Shown here: piece by piece, positions 37,091-47,379 of the stretch
How the letters are laid out: each line of letters opens with the position of its first letter
Numbering within the stretch: the first letter of the stretch is position 1
DNA from: a virus
Lineage: Duplodnaviria; Caudoviricetes
Strand: one strand, 5' to 3'
IMG/VR virus record: IMGVR_UViG_3300011116_001229
Length of the DNA: 64,000 nucleotides
Made by a program: the position numbers and the translations under genes
The notes under the pieces: model-generated
Databases searched by the model: none
What the model saw: the letters and a program-made list of their open reading frames with translations, nothing else
What the model was told of the DNA's origin: nothing

Positions 37091-37672
37091 GTGAAGGTCC
37101 GAAATAGTAGCAGAAAGATCAAAAGCCTTGAGTATTCGATAGCACATCTGAAGCTTGAACTTGAAGAATTATCTGAAGAGATGCAAAATTATGTCGCAGA
37201 CTTCACAAAAAGTCTGTACGAAACTGCTGACTTCAATGAAGAACATAACAAATTAGCAGACACATCTGAGAACGTAAATGAATTTGTGCAACTATCAGAT
37301 ATGCCTGTTCTACCAGATGACCTTAGAAAACTGTGGAAAAAAATAGCATTAATTACACACCCAGATAAAACTGGAAATAATCCAAGACTCACGAGATTAT
37401 ATAGAAGGGCATCTGATGCCGTAAAGACATCTTCTGCACAAGAATTAGTGCAGATTGCAGTTGAACTTGGTATAGAATCACCGACTATCAACAGGGAAAT
37501 CACACTAGCTGCGTTAATAGAATTGCAGGCGAATCTTTCTACAAAGCTTTTGTCTCTTCAAAATTCAACTTTGATAAAGTGGGGTAGATCGCAAAACGAA
37601 GAAGAGAAAAAGTTCATCATGGATTTTTACATCTCTTCAAAGGGATATAAGAACCGCGGTTGCAACAGTTAG
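37091..37672 (+). CDS. J-domain-like protein
   Basis: 'LRKLWKKIALITHPDK' HPD motif. Confidence 0.7.
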   Translation: MKVRNSSRKIKSLEYSIAHLKLELEELSEEMQNYVADFTKSLYETADFNEEHNKLADTSENVNEFVQLSDMPVLPDDLRKLWKKIALITHPDKTGNNPRLTRLYRRASDAVKTSSAQELVQIAVELGIESPTINREITLAALIELQANLSTKLLSLQNSTLIKWGRSQNEEEKKFIMDFYISSKGYKNRGCNS

Positions 37673-37689
37673 CGAACACGTGATAGAGT
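37660..37689 (+). promoter_or_regulatory. sigma70-like promoter
   Basis: TTGCAA-18 nt-TAGAGT with extended TG; ATG 37696 is 6 nt downstream. Confidence 0.55.
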
Positions 37690-37695
37690 ATAAAC

Positions 37696-38529
37696 ATGAC
37701 GATTCTTTGTATCGACTTCATGAATCAGTGTCACCGAGCTCGTAGCGGTTTTAAGCTAGGCCCAGCTCCTGTGGTCTTCAACTTCTTTCGACAGTTTAAA
37801 GCTCTCGTTGAGGAGTTCAAGCCGAATCGGGTCTATGTTGTTCTCGAAGGTCGACCTGTAAAGAGGCACGAAGCTCTTGCAGAGTACAAGGCAAATCGAG
37901 TCATCTCAGAAGATGATCCTCGACGTGAAGAACTCTTGAAATTCTTTGCTCAAAAAGACGTTATTGTAGATCTTCTCACCAAGCATTTTCCTGTATCGGT
38001 CGTGAGGCATCCCACGTCTGAGTGCGATGATACCATCGCGAATCTCGTGCGCAGATCCTCTACAGCGATCCCGTGGGTGATCGCATCCTCAGACACAGAC
38101 TTCATCCAGCTCTTACAAGAGCGAGACAACTTGAGACTCTACAATCCTGTTCGAAAGGAATTTGTGGAAGCTCCTGACTATCCATACGTGACATGGAAAG
38201 CTCTTCGAGGTGACGCAACTGACAACATACCAGGAATTCCAGGCGTAGGTGATAAAACTGCAGAAAAGTTGGCGTCAGATCCGGACCTTCTTTCAGCATT
38301 TCTTAATAAGCCGGAAATAGCGCCAATATTTGAAAGAAACTACGAGCTCATTAGTTTTATGGAATGGTCTGATGAAGACAGGAGCTTGATGACGTCATCG
38401 ACTCCCGCTAAAGACTGGCAAACGGTCAAGTCAGTCTTTGAGAATTATGGATTTAGTTCCATTGTGAAAGATGAATCATGGTCTAAATTTGTAAAAACGT
38501 TCGATGTGCTCTGGGGTTTAGGTGAGTGA
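37696..38529 (+). CDS. 5'-3' exonuclease / flap endonuclease (PolI N-terminal/T4 RNase H-like)
   Basis: 'YKANR', 'ECDDTI', 'SSDTDFIQL', 'LRGDATDNIPGIPGVGDKTA'. Confidence 0.92.
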   Translation: MTILCIDFMNQCHRARSGFKLGPAPVVFNFFRQFKALVEEFKPNRVYVVLEGRPVKRHEALAEYKANRVISEDDPRREELLKFFAQKDVIVDLLTKHFPVSVVRHPTSECDDTIANLVRRSSTAIPWVIASSDTDFIQLLQERDNLRLYNPVRKEFVEAPDYPYVTWKALRGDATDNIPGIPGVGDKTAEKLASDPDLLSAFLNKPEIAPIFERNYELISFMEWSDEDRSLMTSSTPAKDWQTVKSVFENYGFSSIVKDESWSKFVKTFDVLWGLGE

Positions 38530-38790
38530 AAGGGGCTGCAACCAGCCTGCTCCAATCCAGCCAGACTGACCAGAAGACGAAAGAACTCTGTAGGCACCTT
38601 GTGACCATTCTTCGGACGTAGCTTTCCCAAAATCAAAAGTCATTTCTCTATACTCTAAAATTAGTAGTAATTCTTCAGGTTGGGCGCTACCTTGAGGTTC
38701 GTCAAGGCTGCATTCAAGTGATGACCACAATATCAATTGGTCAGCATCAATATTACTAATCGCGAGTTGGCCCGGTCTCAACAATAGCAT
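38518..38790 (-). CDS. small SH3/KOW-like hypothetical protein
   Basis: 'LRPGQLA...YRVL...GWI'. Confidence 0.5.
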   Translation of the reverse strand: MLLLRPGQLAISNIDADQLILWSSLECSLDEPQGSAQPEELLLILEYREMTFDFGKATSEEWSQGAYRVLSSSGQSGWIGAGWLQPLSLT

Positions 38791-38861
38791 AGCATTTTTT
38801 CTTCATTGTATGCGCTTTTCCTAAATTGTTCATGTAGAATATTTAGAAAGAAAGAGGAATT

Positions 38862-39407
38862 ATGTTGACTAGCAACGAATATGAATTATTAGTACTCGAA
38901 GTAAAGAAAGAATTCCCAGATTTTTTAATCTTGCCAAAAGACAAATCTGCGCTCATGAAGTTCATCGATGTTTCATTAATGATGATTACATTTGGGCAAA
39001 TGAAGAACTTCATGACAGGATTTATTACCACAATTGGCAACAAAGTGTACGTTCCTGATTCTTGGGATAAACATACATTTTCTAGCAAAGCAGAAATTAT
39101 TCGTCACGAACGCATCCATATGCGTCAGTCCCGCAAATACGGGCGTCTTCTCTTTTCTTTTCTCTACCTCGCATGTCCGTTTCCTGTCGGCATTGCATAC
39201 TTTCGCAAGAAGTTTGAACAGGAAGCATATGAAGAAAGCCTTAGAGCTCTATATGAGTACCACGGTGAAAAAATCTTTACAGCTAGCTTAAAGCAAGGAA
39301 TTCTTTCTCACTTCACTTCGGCTCAATATTTCTGGATGTGGCCTTGGAGAAAAGACCTTGAAAAGTGGTACGACTCAGCAGTAGAAAAAGTCAAGTCAAA
39401 GACCTAA
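38862..39407 (+). CDS. putative zinc metallopeptidase-like protein
   Basis: HExxH 'RHERIH' plus downstream 'FEQEAY'; ATATTTA 38839-38845. Confidence 0.65.
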   Translation: MLTSNEYELLVLEVKKEFPDFLILPKDKSALMKFIDVSLMMITFGQMKNFMTGFITTIGNKVYVPDSWDKHTFSSKAEIIRHERIHMRQSRKYGRLLFSFLYLACPFPVGIAYFRKKFEQEAYEESLRALYEYHGEKIFTASLKQGILSHFTSAQYFWMWPWRKDLEKWYDSAVEKVKSKT

Positions 39408-39641
39408 TCTATCTTTCACGAGACACTTAGGGCAAGGTATTCTACCCCATTGAATGTTGTCTGAACTCATCATTCGATGGTATGGATCCCCAATTAGTTT
39501 TAGCCACATCTTCAAAGCAGCAGGAGTCAATTGCGAAAGATCAGATAATCTACCCCAGAGCACAGAAAAAAATGCAACACAGCATGCTGGATAACCTTCT
39601 CTCTTGCCACTTAATATGTCATACCTGATTCTTCTCAGCAT
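39396..39641 (-). CDS. small Cys-containing hypothetical protein
   Basis: 'GYPACC...GRIPCPKC'. Confidence 0.5.
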   Translation of the reverse strand: MLRRIRYDILSGKREGYPACCVAFFSVLWGRLSDLSQLTPAALKMWLKLIGDPYHRMMSSDNIQWGRIPCPKCLVKDRLGL

Positions 39642-39666
39642 GATCTGAATACTTATATGAAGTTTT

Positions 39667-40014
39667 ATGATGTATAAAATTTCAGAAGGCTTTGCACAAA
39701 AAATGCTTAGAGAAGGCTGGTTTGACAAGCTGGCTTCTTTCTTTAAAAAGGGAAGATCCTCTTCCTCTGCCTCAAAAAAAATAGCTGATGCCTGGATTGC
39801 TGAAAAAGAAATTGATATTGGCGAAGACTTGTCAGATGAGACAAGAGAACAAATTTATCAATTTGTTGAAAGCAGATATGAAAGAGCGCTTAAAGTTTAT
39901 GAGGACAGCGATAACCCTGTTAGAAAAGCTGTTTTTGCTATTGTAAGATTGCTTGACAAGAAGATAGGACCAATTGTTGACAGATCTTATAGCAATCAAA
40001 TTGATCAATACTGA
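39667..40014 (+). CDS. hypothetical protein
   Basis: ATACTTA 39649-39655; 'MLRE' motif. Confidence 0.55.
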   Translation: MMYKISEGFAQKMLREGWFDKLASFFKKGRSSSSASKKIADAWIAEKEIDIGEDLSDETREQIYQFVESRYERALKVYEDSDNPVRKAVFAIVRLLDKKIGPIVDRSYSNQIDQY

Positions 40015-40053
40015 GTCTTATTTGCGTGTTACAATGTTCTCTCAAGAGGCATT

Positions 40054-41109
40054 GTGAAAAGATATCCCGGTTTTCTTAAAGATCTACAACAACAGTTAGA
40101 AGGCTTGCCGCAAGAAACGCTTTCAAGAGTTTCTAGGCATGGTGGTCTAGATCTTCATGATCTAATTTCATTGCTGCTTGAACCGCAAGACTTTACTGTT
40201 GATTGTCCTGACGTTCTTTCGCAAGATGAAATATTCCATTATGCAGAGATAAAATCCTCAGAGACAGGTAGAAAACTAATTCTTGATGACGAGGTTGCTT
40301 TTTGCATTTTAGCAGGCGGCGCAGGCACAAGAATTGGTGGTCCTAAATGCTTGCTGAGCATCGGTGATGGTGAAACTCTTCTGTCAAGAAAAATTAGACA
40401 GGCTGGTGTTTTAAAAAATATCTGGGTGATAGTAAGCCCAGACCTAAAATCACACGTACGTGAGCACTTGACTGAAAGAGGTCTATTTTCAGATAATATA
40501 AAAATTATTGAGCAGTTTGAATCTGTTCGACTCACTCCAAGCAATCAATTGTTTTTAATGAACAATCAGGCAAGTTTATACCCATGCGGACACGGGGATG
40601 TCGTTCCTGCCTTAATACAGAGTGAAGTTCTACAAAAATTCAATGAGAACGGCGGTAAACACGTTTACGTAGCAAATGTTGATAATTTTTCTGCAAGCAT
40701 CGATCCTGATATATTGGGTCTTCATCATGAAAACAAAGTGCCAGTTACCTGTGAAGTTGTTGCACGAAATTCAAATGATAGCGGAGGCTTTTTGTGCAAG
40801 CACATGGGCATCTCACAGATTGTAGAAGGATTTAGAATGTCTTCTGTCACTGATCAAACAAAGTTTACCCATATAAACACAAACACGATGATTTTTCAGG
40901 CAAACCTTGACTTCAATGCTATTGCTTGGTCGTGGCACAGAGTCAAGAAAAATTATAATGGTAATCTAGTCATTCAGTATGAAAGATTGCTTCAGCAGCT
41001 AACAGCTCATTTTAAGACTCAATTTGTAGAAGTTGAGAGAGAAAGAAGATTTGCGCCGATAAAGAGCGCGTCAGATCTTGATACTATAAAGAAAAATGAT
41101 TCCCCCTAG
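40054..41109 (+). CDS. UTP--glucose-1-phosphate uridylyltransferase (UDPGP/UAP family)
   Basis: 'LAGGAGTRIG.PK', 'YPCGHGDV', 'ANVDN', 'RFAPIK'. Confidence 0.8.
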   Translation: MKRYPGFLKDLQQQLEGLPQETLSRVSRHGGLDLHDLISLLLEPQDFTVDCPDVLSQDEIFHYAEIKSSETGRKLILDDEVAFCILAGGAGTRIGGPKCLLSIGDGETLLSRKIRQAGVLKNIWVIVSPDLKSHVREHLTERGLFSDNIKIIEQFESVRLTPSNQLFLMNNQASLYPCGHGDVVPALIQSEVLQKFNENGGKHVYVANVDNFSASIDPDILGLHHENKVPVTCEVVARNSNDSGGFLCKHMGISQIVEGFRMSSVTDQTKFTHINTNTMIFQANLDFNAIAWSWHRVKKNYNGNLVIQYERLLQQLTAHFKTQFVEVERERRFAPIKSASDLDTIKKNDSP

Positions 41110-41512
41110 GTCGCCTTATTGTCTTATACAAGAAGATCTGTGGCCTGACAAGTGGAAGATGCTTGTGTCTTGTGTTCTTCTTAATAGAACAGCGAGAAAG
41201 CAAGTTGAAAGAATTTTACCTCAGCTTTTTGCATTGTGGCCGTCAGCAATTGACATGGCTCAGTGTGACCCTGCGCTGTTAGCCTCTGTTATATCTCCTT
41301 TGGGCTTTAAGAATAGACGGGCTGTTACACTCATCAATTTATCAAAGAATTTTCTAATGACAAATTGGAATCACGCTAGTGAATTACCCGGCATTGGACA
41401 ATACGGTTCAGCGGTTTGGGACATATTCGTACTTAATAAAATACCAGATCAACCACCAAACGATCATGCTTTGGTTTGGTATTATAACTGGAGATTACAG
41501 AATGACCATTAA
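41096..41512 (+). CDS. MBD4-like HhH-GPD DNA glycosylase
   Basis: 'WKMLVSCVLLNRT', 'LGFKNRRA', 'LPGIGQYG', 'DHAL'. Confidence 0.85.
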   Translation: MIPPRSPYCLIQEDLWPDKWKMLVSCVLLNRTARKQVERILPQLFALWPSAIDMAQCDPALLASVISPLGFKNRRAVTLINLSKNFLMTNWNHASELPGIGQYGSAVWDIFVLNKIPDQPPNDHALVWYYNWRLQNDH

Positions 41513-41807
41513 AAGAAAAGAAGTAGTTAAAGAAAAGAAAGAGAAAGCGCCAAGAAAGCCGCGCCCAAGGAAAGTCGACGCTCAAATTCTACAAGACGCC
41601 ATAGTTGAAGGCAAGTGGACTGTAGCTGTTGGCCAAGACTTTCTTGTGTCTAAGAAAGTTAGCGGAAGGCAGACGCAGTCAATTTGTACTTTTAAAGAAA
41701 TGCTCAATGAAAAAACAGTAAATGCTTGGGACAAGTCTCTTGAGCGATGGTTTGCTTTTAATATTGACGATCTAGAAAAGTTTGGAATTGTCGTAAAGAA
41801 GTTCTGA
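41502..41807 (+). CDS. hypothetical protein
   Basis: SD GGAG before ATG 41502. Confidence 0.55.
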   Translation: MTIKRKEVVKEKKEKAPRKPRPRKVDAQILQDAIVEGKWTVAVGQDFLVSKKVSGRQTQSICTFKEMLNEKTVNAWDKSLERWFAFNIDDLEKFGIVVKKF

Positions 41808-41824
41808 TGTGCCTTATTTAGAAT

Positions 41825-41932
41825 ATGAACTTTCGTGGTATCATAGTATCCATTTTGTTGCTGACGCCATGGACCTTTGTGATACCGGGTGCTATCTACG
41901 CATATAGATACCTTAAAAACAGAAATAAATAA
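41825..41932 (+). CDS. 35-aa single-TM microprotein
   Basis: Manual translation MNFRGIIVSILLLTPWTFVIPGAIYAYRYLKNRNK*; TATTTA just upstream. Confidence 0.4.
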   Translation: MNFRGIIVSILLLTPWTFVIPGAIYAYRYLKNRNK

Positions 41933-41962
41933 AGGCCGATGTTTTCCACCGGCCTTATTTAT
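41925..41962. terminator. bidirectional terminator between convergent genes
   Basis: AAGGCCG...CGGCCTT stem flanked by A-rich and T-rich tracts. Confidence 0.65.
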
Positions 41963-41968
41963 CCTGAT

Positions 41969-42781
41969 TTATTTAGAAGAGTTTTCTTGAGGTTGTTGTT
42001 CTAACAACCTTCGTTTTTCTTCACGATTTTTAGCTTGAGTCTTGCGTCTTTTTTCAATCGTTTCTTGAGAAGGAGAAGGTCTGGGCTTTCCCTTTTGGGA
42101 TTCTGACATTCTTTTTTTCGTTTCTTCTGAACGTTTTCTTCCTTTACTAACGGCAGATAACTTTTGCCTCGTTTCTTCTGAAACTGGCTTTTTATTCTCT
42201 GCTATCTTTTTCTTTTGTTCTTCCGTAAGCTTCCACTTTCTTCTGGCTTCAGAAAGCTTTCTTCGATGTTCTTCTGATTTAGGACCGGTATTTTTCCCCT
42301 TCATAGACTCAGACATTTTGCGAAGTGTTTCTTCAGAATGAGGTGGAGGTTTTTTGCCTTTGTTGACTTCCCGAAGCTTTTGTTTATGTTCTTCAGAAAG
42401 ATGTTTGCCACGGAATGAAGAACCTCGTATATAACGTTGTTCATCTGAAAGATTTGAATTTGCTTCTTTTATCTTTTGTATTGTTTCAGTTGAAAACTCA
42501 AAATGATCGCCGCCAGACGTTAGGTTATAACCTCGTTTAAAAGAATCGAATCTTTCTATCCATACACGTTCTCGTTCATTTGTAACTTCATCTTCACACT
42601 CTTCTATTATTTCGAATGTAAAGTTTTCTTTACCGTATTTTCTAATAGCAGCGTGAAATTTATATCCTGTTCCTTTTAACGCTTCACAAAGATGACCCCT
42701 TACTCTTTTGTTAAAATCTTTTGTTTGTCCTACATAACATTTACCATCTAACAAATTTTTTGCCAAATAAATAAACCGCAT
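41969..42781 (-). CDS. GIY-YIG homing endonuclease with NUMOD3 repeats
   Basis: 'FIYLAKN...CYVGQT', 'GYN', repeated 'HSEET.RKMSE'; ATACTTA 5 nt upstream. Confidence 0.88.
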   Translation of the reverse strand: MRFIYLAKNLLDGKCYVGQTKDFNKRVRGHLCEALKGTGYKFHAAIRKYGKENFTFEIIEECEDEVTNERERVWIERFDSFKRGYNLTSGGDHFEFSTETIQKIKEANSNLSDEQRYIRGSSFRGKHLSEEHKQKLREVNKGKKPPPHSEETLRKMSESMKGKNTGPKSEEHRRKLSEARRKWKLTEEQKKKIAENKKPVSEETRQKLSAVSKGRKRSEETKKRMSESQKGKPRPSPSQETIEKRRKTQAKNREEKRRLLEQQPQENSSK

Positions 42782-42865
42782 ACAATTAAGTATACGGCTT
42801 ATTTAAAGTTAGCAACTAGTAATATAAGGTAAATTATTGCAAAGTGTCTAAATAGTTGAAATCAT

Positions 42866-44800
42866 TCACGAATCTCTCCAGAGGTTATTTGTGGCAAAAA
42901 CGAGGACCTCCTCGGCGGATTCTGGAGAATATGAGTAATCACGGATCATGGTTTCAACCATGTCACTGTACTTCTTCTGCTGTTCATCATTCCTCGTCTT
43001 AGACTTGGTGATGATTCTTGCCATTGTTCTAACTGAAGATATCAAGAATGACTCGATTGCATTCTTGAGCGGCTCGTAAGTCTTGTAAGAAACCTTTTCA
43101 CCTCGTCTCATCTTGGCAAACATGTAAGCTGTGACATCGGATCGGAAGCCGTCCTTTGCTGAACCTGTGACGCCGATCTGCTCTTCAATAGACACCATGA
43201 ATTGCTCATCAGGCTTGCGCTCTTCTTTGGTGATCCTATCCTTGAGCTTTGATCTCGTTGTGTAAGCCTCAGCATTATCGAGGTAAGAGTCAAAGAGAGA
43301 CTGTGCTTGTTCCTCATATGCTGAGATGAAAGCCTTGGCAATCTCGGTCTCTAGGATTTTGAGGTACTCTTCTCGAATTGTTTTCTGAAGAAGCTCTAGG
43401 CACTTTGACTTGAATTGCTCATCGACAATTTGCTCTTTCACCATCTTGGTCAAAGAATCCATGATAGAGATTGGTGTGATCATGTTCTTGTCGGATGCTG
43501 TAAGAGCATTGTCAAGAGCCTTCGTGATGAACCGCGTAGAGATGCCATCAAGACCTTCGTGCTTCGCTTCCTCCCTAAGGTCCTTGATGTCGACCTTGCG
43601 AACCCTTCCCTTTTCGAGGACGTCTTCACCGTTGTAGATCTTCATCTTGGTGAGGAGGTCACACTTGGCAGAATCCTTGAGACGGCTCATGACTGAGAAC
43701 ATTGAAGCAATCTTTAGGGTGTGCGGAGCGATATGTGACTCGAAGTCCGACTTGCCCAACATCTTCTCGTAGATCTTTACTTCTTGATTTAGCTCAAGGC
43801 AGTAAGGAACGGAGATCTTCACGATGCGGTCCATGATGGCTTCGTTGGTGTGCTCAGACTTAAATCTGTTCCATTCAGCCTCGTTGCAGTGTGCTAGGAT
43901 AACACCGTCGAAGTGAAGCATGTCGGACTTACCAGGAGATGGGACTCGCTTTTCCTGCGTTGCTGTGATGATGGTGTGGAGGAACTCAATCTCGTTCTTG
44001 AAGACCTCGACGAGTTCAACGATACCACGATTACCCACGTTGAATGCACCGTTAAGAGAAAGAGCTCTTGGATCATCTTCTGCGTACTTATCAAGTTTCG
44101 AGATGTCGACGGAGCCGATGAGAACGGAAACGTCTTGCGAGTTAGCATCCATTGGAGGAACAGAGGCTACGCCACGTCTGCCGCGCTGTGAGAAGGTAAC
44201 TTCTTCAACCTCGAAGTCCTCGTACTTGCCAGCGTAATCGTTGAGAAGCTTGTGACGAGCGACAGGAGAAATGTCACCGTCAATTTTCACGTTGATAGCC
44301 GCTTCGATTGATGGGCGGAGCGAACGTGGGATGAGTTGTAGAGGTTCACCGCGGTGAGGATCGCCTTTGAGGGTGTAGTACTTCTTTCCTTCGAGAGCCT
44401 TTTTGATGTGCTCTGTTAGCGCAGACTTACCTGCGCCGACTGGACCCATGAGCAAGAGGACCTGACGAGATTCTTCACCCTTGTGAGCCGCGGAAGACAA
44501 GAAGCTCATGACCTTCTCGATGACTGTCTCCATTCCGAAGAACTCCCCCTCGAAGTACTTGTGAATCTTGATGTTCTCGCCGTCGAAAATCTTATTTTTT
44601 CTTGGATCAGAATCTGGCAGGACATAAGAACCATGTTCAGAAATTGCGTCGAAAAGTCTCTTGTGAGCAGACTTGACAACAGCTGGATCTTTCTCAACCA
44701 TCTCGATGTAGTCCATCAAATTACCTGAGAATTTCTTGGTCTTGCTTGATTCTTCTCTTGCTGATTTAATCTGTTGTAGAAGTTGTTTCTTGATGCTCAT
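42866..44800 (-). CDS. prkA: PrkA/YeaG family AAA+ serine kinase
   Basis: 'FFGME', Walker A 'GPVGAGKS', 'GNRGIVELVEVFK', 'GISTRF'. Confidence 0.92.
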   Translation of the reverse strand: MSIKKQLLQQIKSAREESSKTKKFSGNLMDYIEMVEKDPAVVKSAHKRLFDAISEHGSYVLPDSDPRKNKIFDGENIKIHKYFEGEFFGMETVIEKVMSFLSSAAHKGEESRQVLLLMGPVGAGKSALTEHIKKALEGKKYYTLKGDPHRGEPLQLIPRSLRPSIEAAINVKIDGDISPVARHKLLNDYAGKYEDFEVEEVTFSQRGRRGVASVPPMDANSQDVSVLIGSVDISKLDKYAEDDPRALSLNGAFNVGNRGIVELVEVFKNEIEFLHTIITATQEKRVPSPGKSDMLHFDGVILAHCNEAEWNRFKSEHTNEAIMDRIVKISVPYCLELNQEVKIYEKMLGKSDFESHIAPHTLKIASMFSVMSRLKDSAKCDLLTKMKIYNGEDVLEKGRVRKVDIKDLREEAKHEGLDGISTRFITKALDNALTASDKNMITPISIMDSLTKMVKEQIVDEQFKSKCLELLQKTIREEYLKILETEIAKAFISAYEEQAQSLFDSYLDNAEAYTTRSKLKDRITKEERKPDEQFMVSIEEQIGVTGSAKDGFRSDVTAYMFAKMRRGEKVSYKTYEPLKNAIESFLISSVRTMARIITKSKTRNDEQQKKYSDMVETMIRDYSYSPESAEEVLVFATNNLWRDS

Positions 44801-44832
44801 AGTATTTATTGTACTTATTGTTAGGTGTTTGA

Positions 44833-46143
44833 TTAATCAATTTCCCAAGGTTCTTCTTCTACAATAGTGTAGAATTTGACCGGTTTGCCCCAGAGGTGTT
44901 TGACGTGTTCAACCACCTCGTCAGCATGTTTTAATTCAAGATCACGTCCGTCATGCTCATGCCTTATCACTAACAGTCCGTCTTTCTTTAACTCATCAAC
45001 ATAAACGACGGGTATTGAACCCCCCGCTACATTTGCGATGAGGTCTTCTTTCACTTCCTTCCAGCCTTTTTCATCTGAAACGTCATCAACTGTGACACCT
45101 GATTTTTTCTTAGATGAATAGCTAAAAAGATTTAGATCAACGCAATCCTCTTCGGTTAGATACTGTCGTAAGAACGAAACATCGTAACAGACTTCGCGAG
45201 CCAAGAAGCACTCGTCAATTCCGTGTCGTTCTTTAATTTTTTGGAAAAGATGGAATCCAAGGTGGTAGGGATTAATGGAACCAATATGTGGGCGCACAAC
45301 AGCGTTATGCATCTTGATGATGGGGATGTGAAGTTCTCCAGGAAGATCTAGTTCGTGACAGAGCGTATAGTGCCAGTACGAAGCCCAGCCCTCGTTCATG
45401 ATCTTTGTCTGGATCTGTGGCCAAAAATATTGACCTTCTTCGCGACACACATGAATGATATCACGCTTCCATTCAGGAATGTCAGCATTGTCTTCTATGA
45501 ATCCTAATAAGTCGTAGTCGGGTTCAAGTGGGTATGTGTCTAGATTGAAATCTTTGTATTTGCTTTCGTCTTTGTTGCTGTTGATTTCCTCAATATACTC
45601 AGCTTTAATTTCATCGTGTGATCTTCTGATTTGCCCGTATTTTGTCGTCTGAAATTGCAGGGCCTGACAGGCATCTAGTGTTCTCTCGACTTTTTCAATT
45701 CCAATGTGCTGATCTTCTACGTACTTTTGGATTCTCTTCTTTGCAGAACGTAAACGCTGGATCACGGATTCGGGACGCGTGTTCTTGAACATCCTGTTGT
45801 TCTTGAAGAAATCAGAGTGTCCGACGCAGTGCGCCATGATGAGAATCTGAAGATATAACGGATTCTCTCTCATAAGATACGCCAACGACGGATTGCTATT
45901 GATGATAAGCTCGTAGGGCAATCCTTCGGCACCGAGGTTGTAGCGATTCATTGTCTGTTCGAAAGACTTGCCGAAAGACCAGTGGGAATACATGGACGGC
46001 ATGCCGTGATGTACCATTGCGCCGATCATCTCATGATAATCAACGACTTCGTAATCTAAGTCAAACCAGTCGAGATTATGATTTTTAGCTAACTCAATGA
46101 TTCGTTCGTCCCAAGTCTTAAGATCTTCAAGCTTATAATCCAT
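44833..46143 (-). CDS. spoVR: SpoVR/YcgB family protein
   Basis: 'HWSFGK', 'YELIINSNP', 'AHCVGHSDFFKNN', 'KIMNEGWASYWH', 'NPYHLG'; ATG overlaps yeaH stop (TAATG). Confidence 0.92.
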   Translation of the reverse strand: MDYKLEDLKTWDERIIELAKNHNLDWFDLDYEVVDYHEMIGAMVHHGMPSMYSHWSFGKSFEQTMNRYNLGAEGLPYELIINSNPSLAYLMRENPLYLQILIMAHCVGHSDFFKNNRMFKNTRPESVIQRLRSAKKRIQKYVEDQHIGIEKVERTLDACQALQFQTTKYGQIRRSHDEIKAEYIEEINSNKDESKYKDFNLDTYPLEPDYDLLGFIEDNADIPEWKRDIIHVCREEGQYFWPQIQTKIMNEGWASYWHYTLCHELDLPGELHIPIIKMHNAVVRPHIGSINPYHLGFHLFQKIKERHGIDECFLAREVCYDVSFLRQYLTEEDCVDLNLFSYSSKKKSGVTVDDVSDEKGWKEVKEDLIANVAGGSIPVVYVDELKKDGLLVIRHEHDGRDLELKHADEVVEHVKHLWGKPVKFYTIVEEEPWEID

Positions 46144-47303
46144 TATTGTGCCTCCACTGTGCCATTCATCAGATTCAAGAAGCTCGGCCAAACGTCCTCT
46201 TTCTTTTGAATTCTCACTTGCTTTAATTTATTGCCTTGAAGGGGCTTAAGAAGTGAGTATATCTTGTCAGGTGCTGTCGACCAATTAGCATCCGGTTCTA
46301 TTTCGCAGTAGCCGTACAGTTGAATCGACGTGAGAAGCTTTCTTGCTTCATTTAGAAAATTCTCATTATCGTCAGAGAAGTTGTCTCCATCTGAACACTG
46401 GAAAAGGTAAACGTTCCACGAGTTGGGATGGAATCTCTTGCTCATGATGTCGGAGGCAAGCTTGAGCGCAGACGAGGCTCTAGTCCCGCCAGTTGATGCT
46501 TTTTCGAAGAAGTCTTTTTCTTCAACTTCTTGTGCTTCTGTGTCGTGAGAAATAAAGACGATCTCTATCGTCTCGTACTTGAGCCTGAGGAACTGATACA
46601 GGAGAAAGAAGAAAGATCTCGCTAAAAACTTCTTATCCTGTGACATGGACCCCGACACATCCATGACAAAGAAGATGACTGCATTCGTGCACGGCTTCTT
46701 TGTAATCTTATAATGTCTGTACTTCAGATCGTCTTCGTGAAAGGGAAAACTGTCATCTTCAGAATTTTCATGATCAAAGCCTGCTGCCTTCATCCTTTTG
46801 ATCCTAGCAATTGCAGATTTTTTGCGATCAAGTCGAGGTATGATACCCTCAGTTCTATAGCCTTTTCTCTTCAACTTTTCTGTGTCAATATTGCTTAATT
46901 GACGCTTCTGCAATTCAGGAAGTTGCAGTTCTGAGAAGAGGTATTCAGCGAGTTCTTCATGTGTAATCTCTACGTCGTAGTATTCTTCACCTTTGTCACC
47001 GCTTGCTTTGTTTGGTTGACCCTGTCCTTCGGGCGGAGGATCACCAATCTTCTGACCTCTCTTGACGTCTTTTCCTGGTGCTGATCCTACTTGTTTACCG
47101 TTGCTGCCGTAAACAAATCTGTACTCTTTTATTCCTCTGACTGGAATGCGGTACTTTTGCTTACCATCCTTGCCGATGATGCTTTCATCGGCAACAATGT
47201 GGTGAATTCCCTCGCGTATCGCCTTTTCGATCTTCTGCTTGTGTCGGCGCCGATCTGATGCAGTTCGATCTGCGACAGTTTTGTGTTCTCGAAAAATACT
47301 CAT
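46143..47303 (-). CDS. yeaH: YeaH/YhbH (DUF444) vWA-domain protein
   Basis: 'DRRRH', 'MDVSGSM', 'FISHDTEA', 'GGT..SSA', 'SDGDN'. Confidence 0.92.
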   Translation of the reverse strand: MSIFREHKTVADRTASDRRRHKQKIEKAIREGIHHIVADESIIGKDGKQKYRIPVRGIKEYRFVYGSNGKQVGSAPGKDVKRGQKIGDPPPEGQGQPNKASGDKGEEYYDVEITHEELAEYLFSELQLPELQKRQLSNIDTEKLKRKGYRTEGIIPRLDRKKSAIARIKRMKAAGFDHENSEDDSFPFHEDDLKYRHYKITKKPCTNAVIFFVMDVSGSMSQDKKFLARSFFFLLYQFLRLKYETIEIVFISHDTEAQEVEEKDFFEKASTGGTRASSALKLASDIMSKRFHPNSWNVYLFQCSDGDNFSDDNENFLNEARKLLTSIQLYGYCEIEPDANWSTAPDKIYSLLKPLQGNKLKQVRIQKKEDVWPSFLNLMNGTVEAQ

Positions 47304-47379
47304 GAGTTAGTGTTCTGATTATAAGTAATCGTCTAAACTTTGATTATCTTTTGTTTTTTGAAAGTCAACAATTACTAGG

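Noticed and set aside
46144-46191. ORF-track N-terminal extension of SpoVR (MAELLESDEWHSGGTI)
   Set aside because: Overlaps the end of yeaH; the ATG at 46143 coupled to the yeaH stop is the more plausible start.
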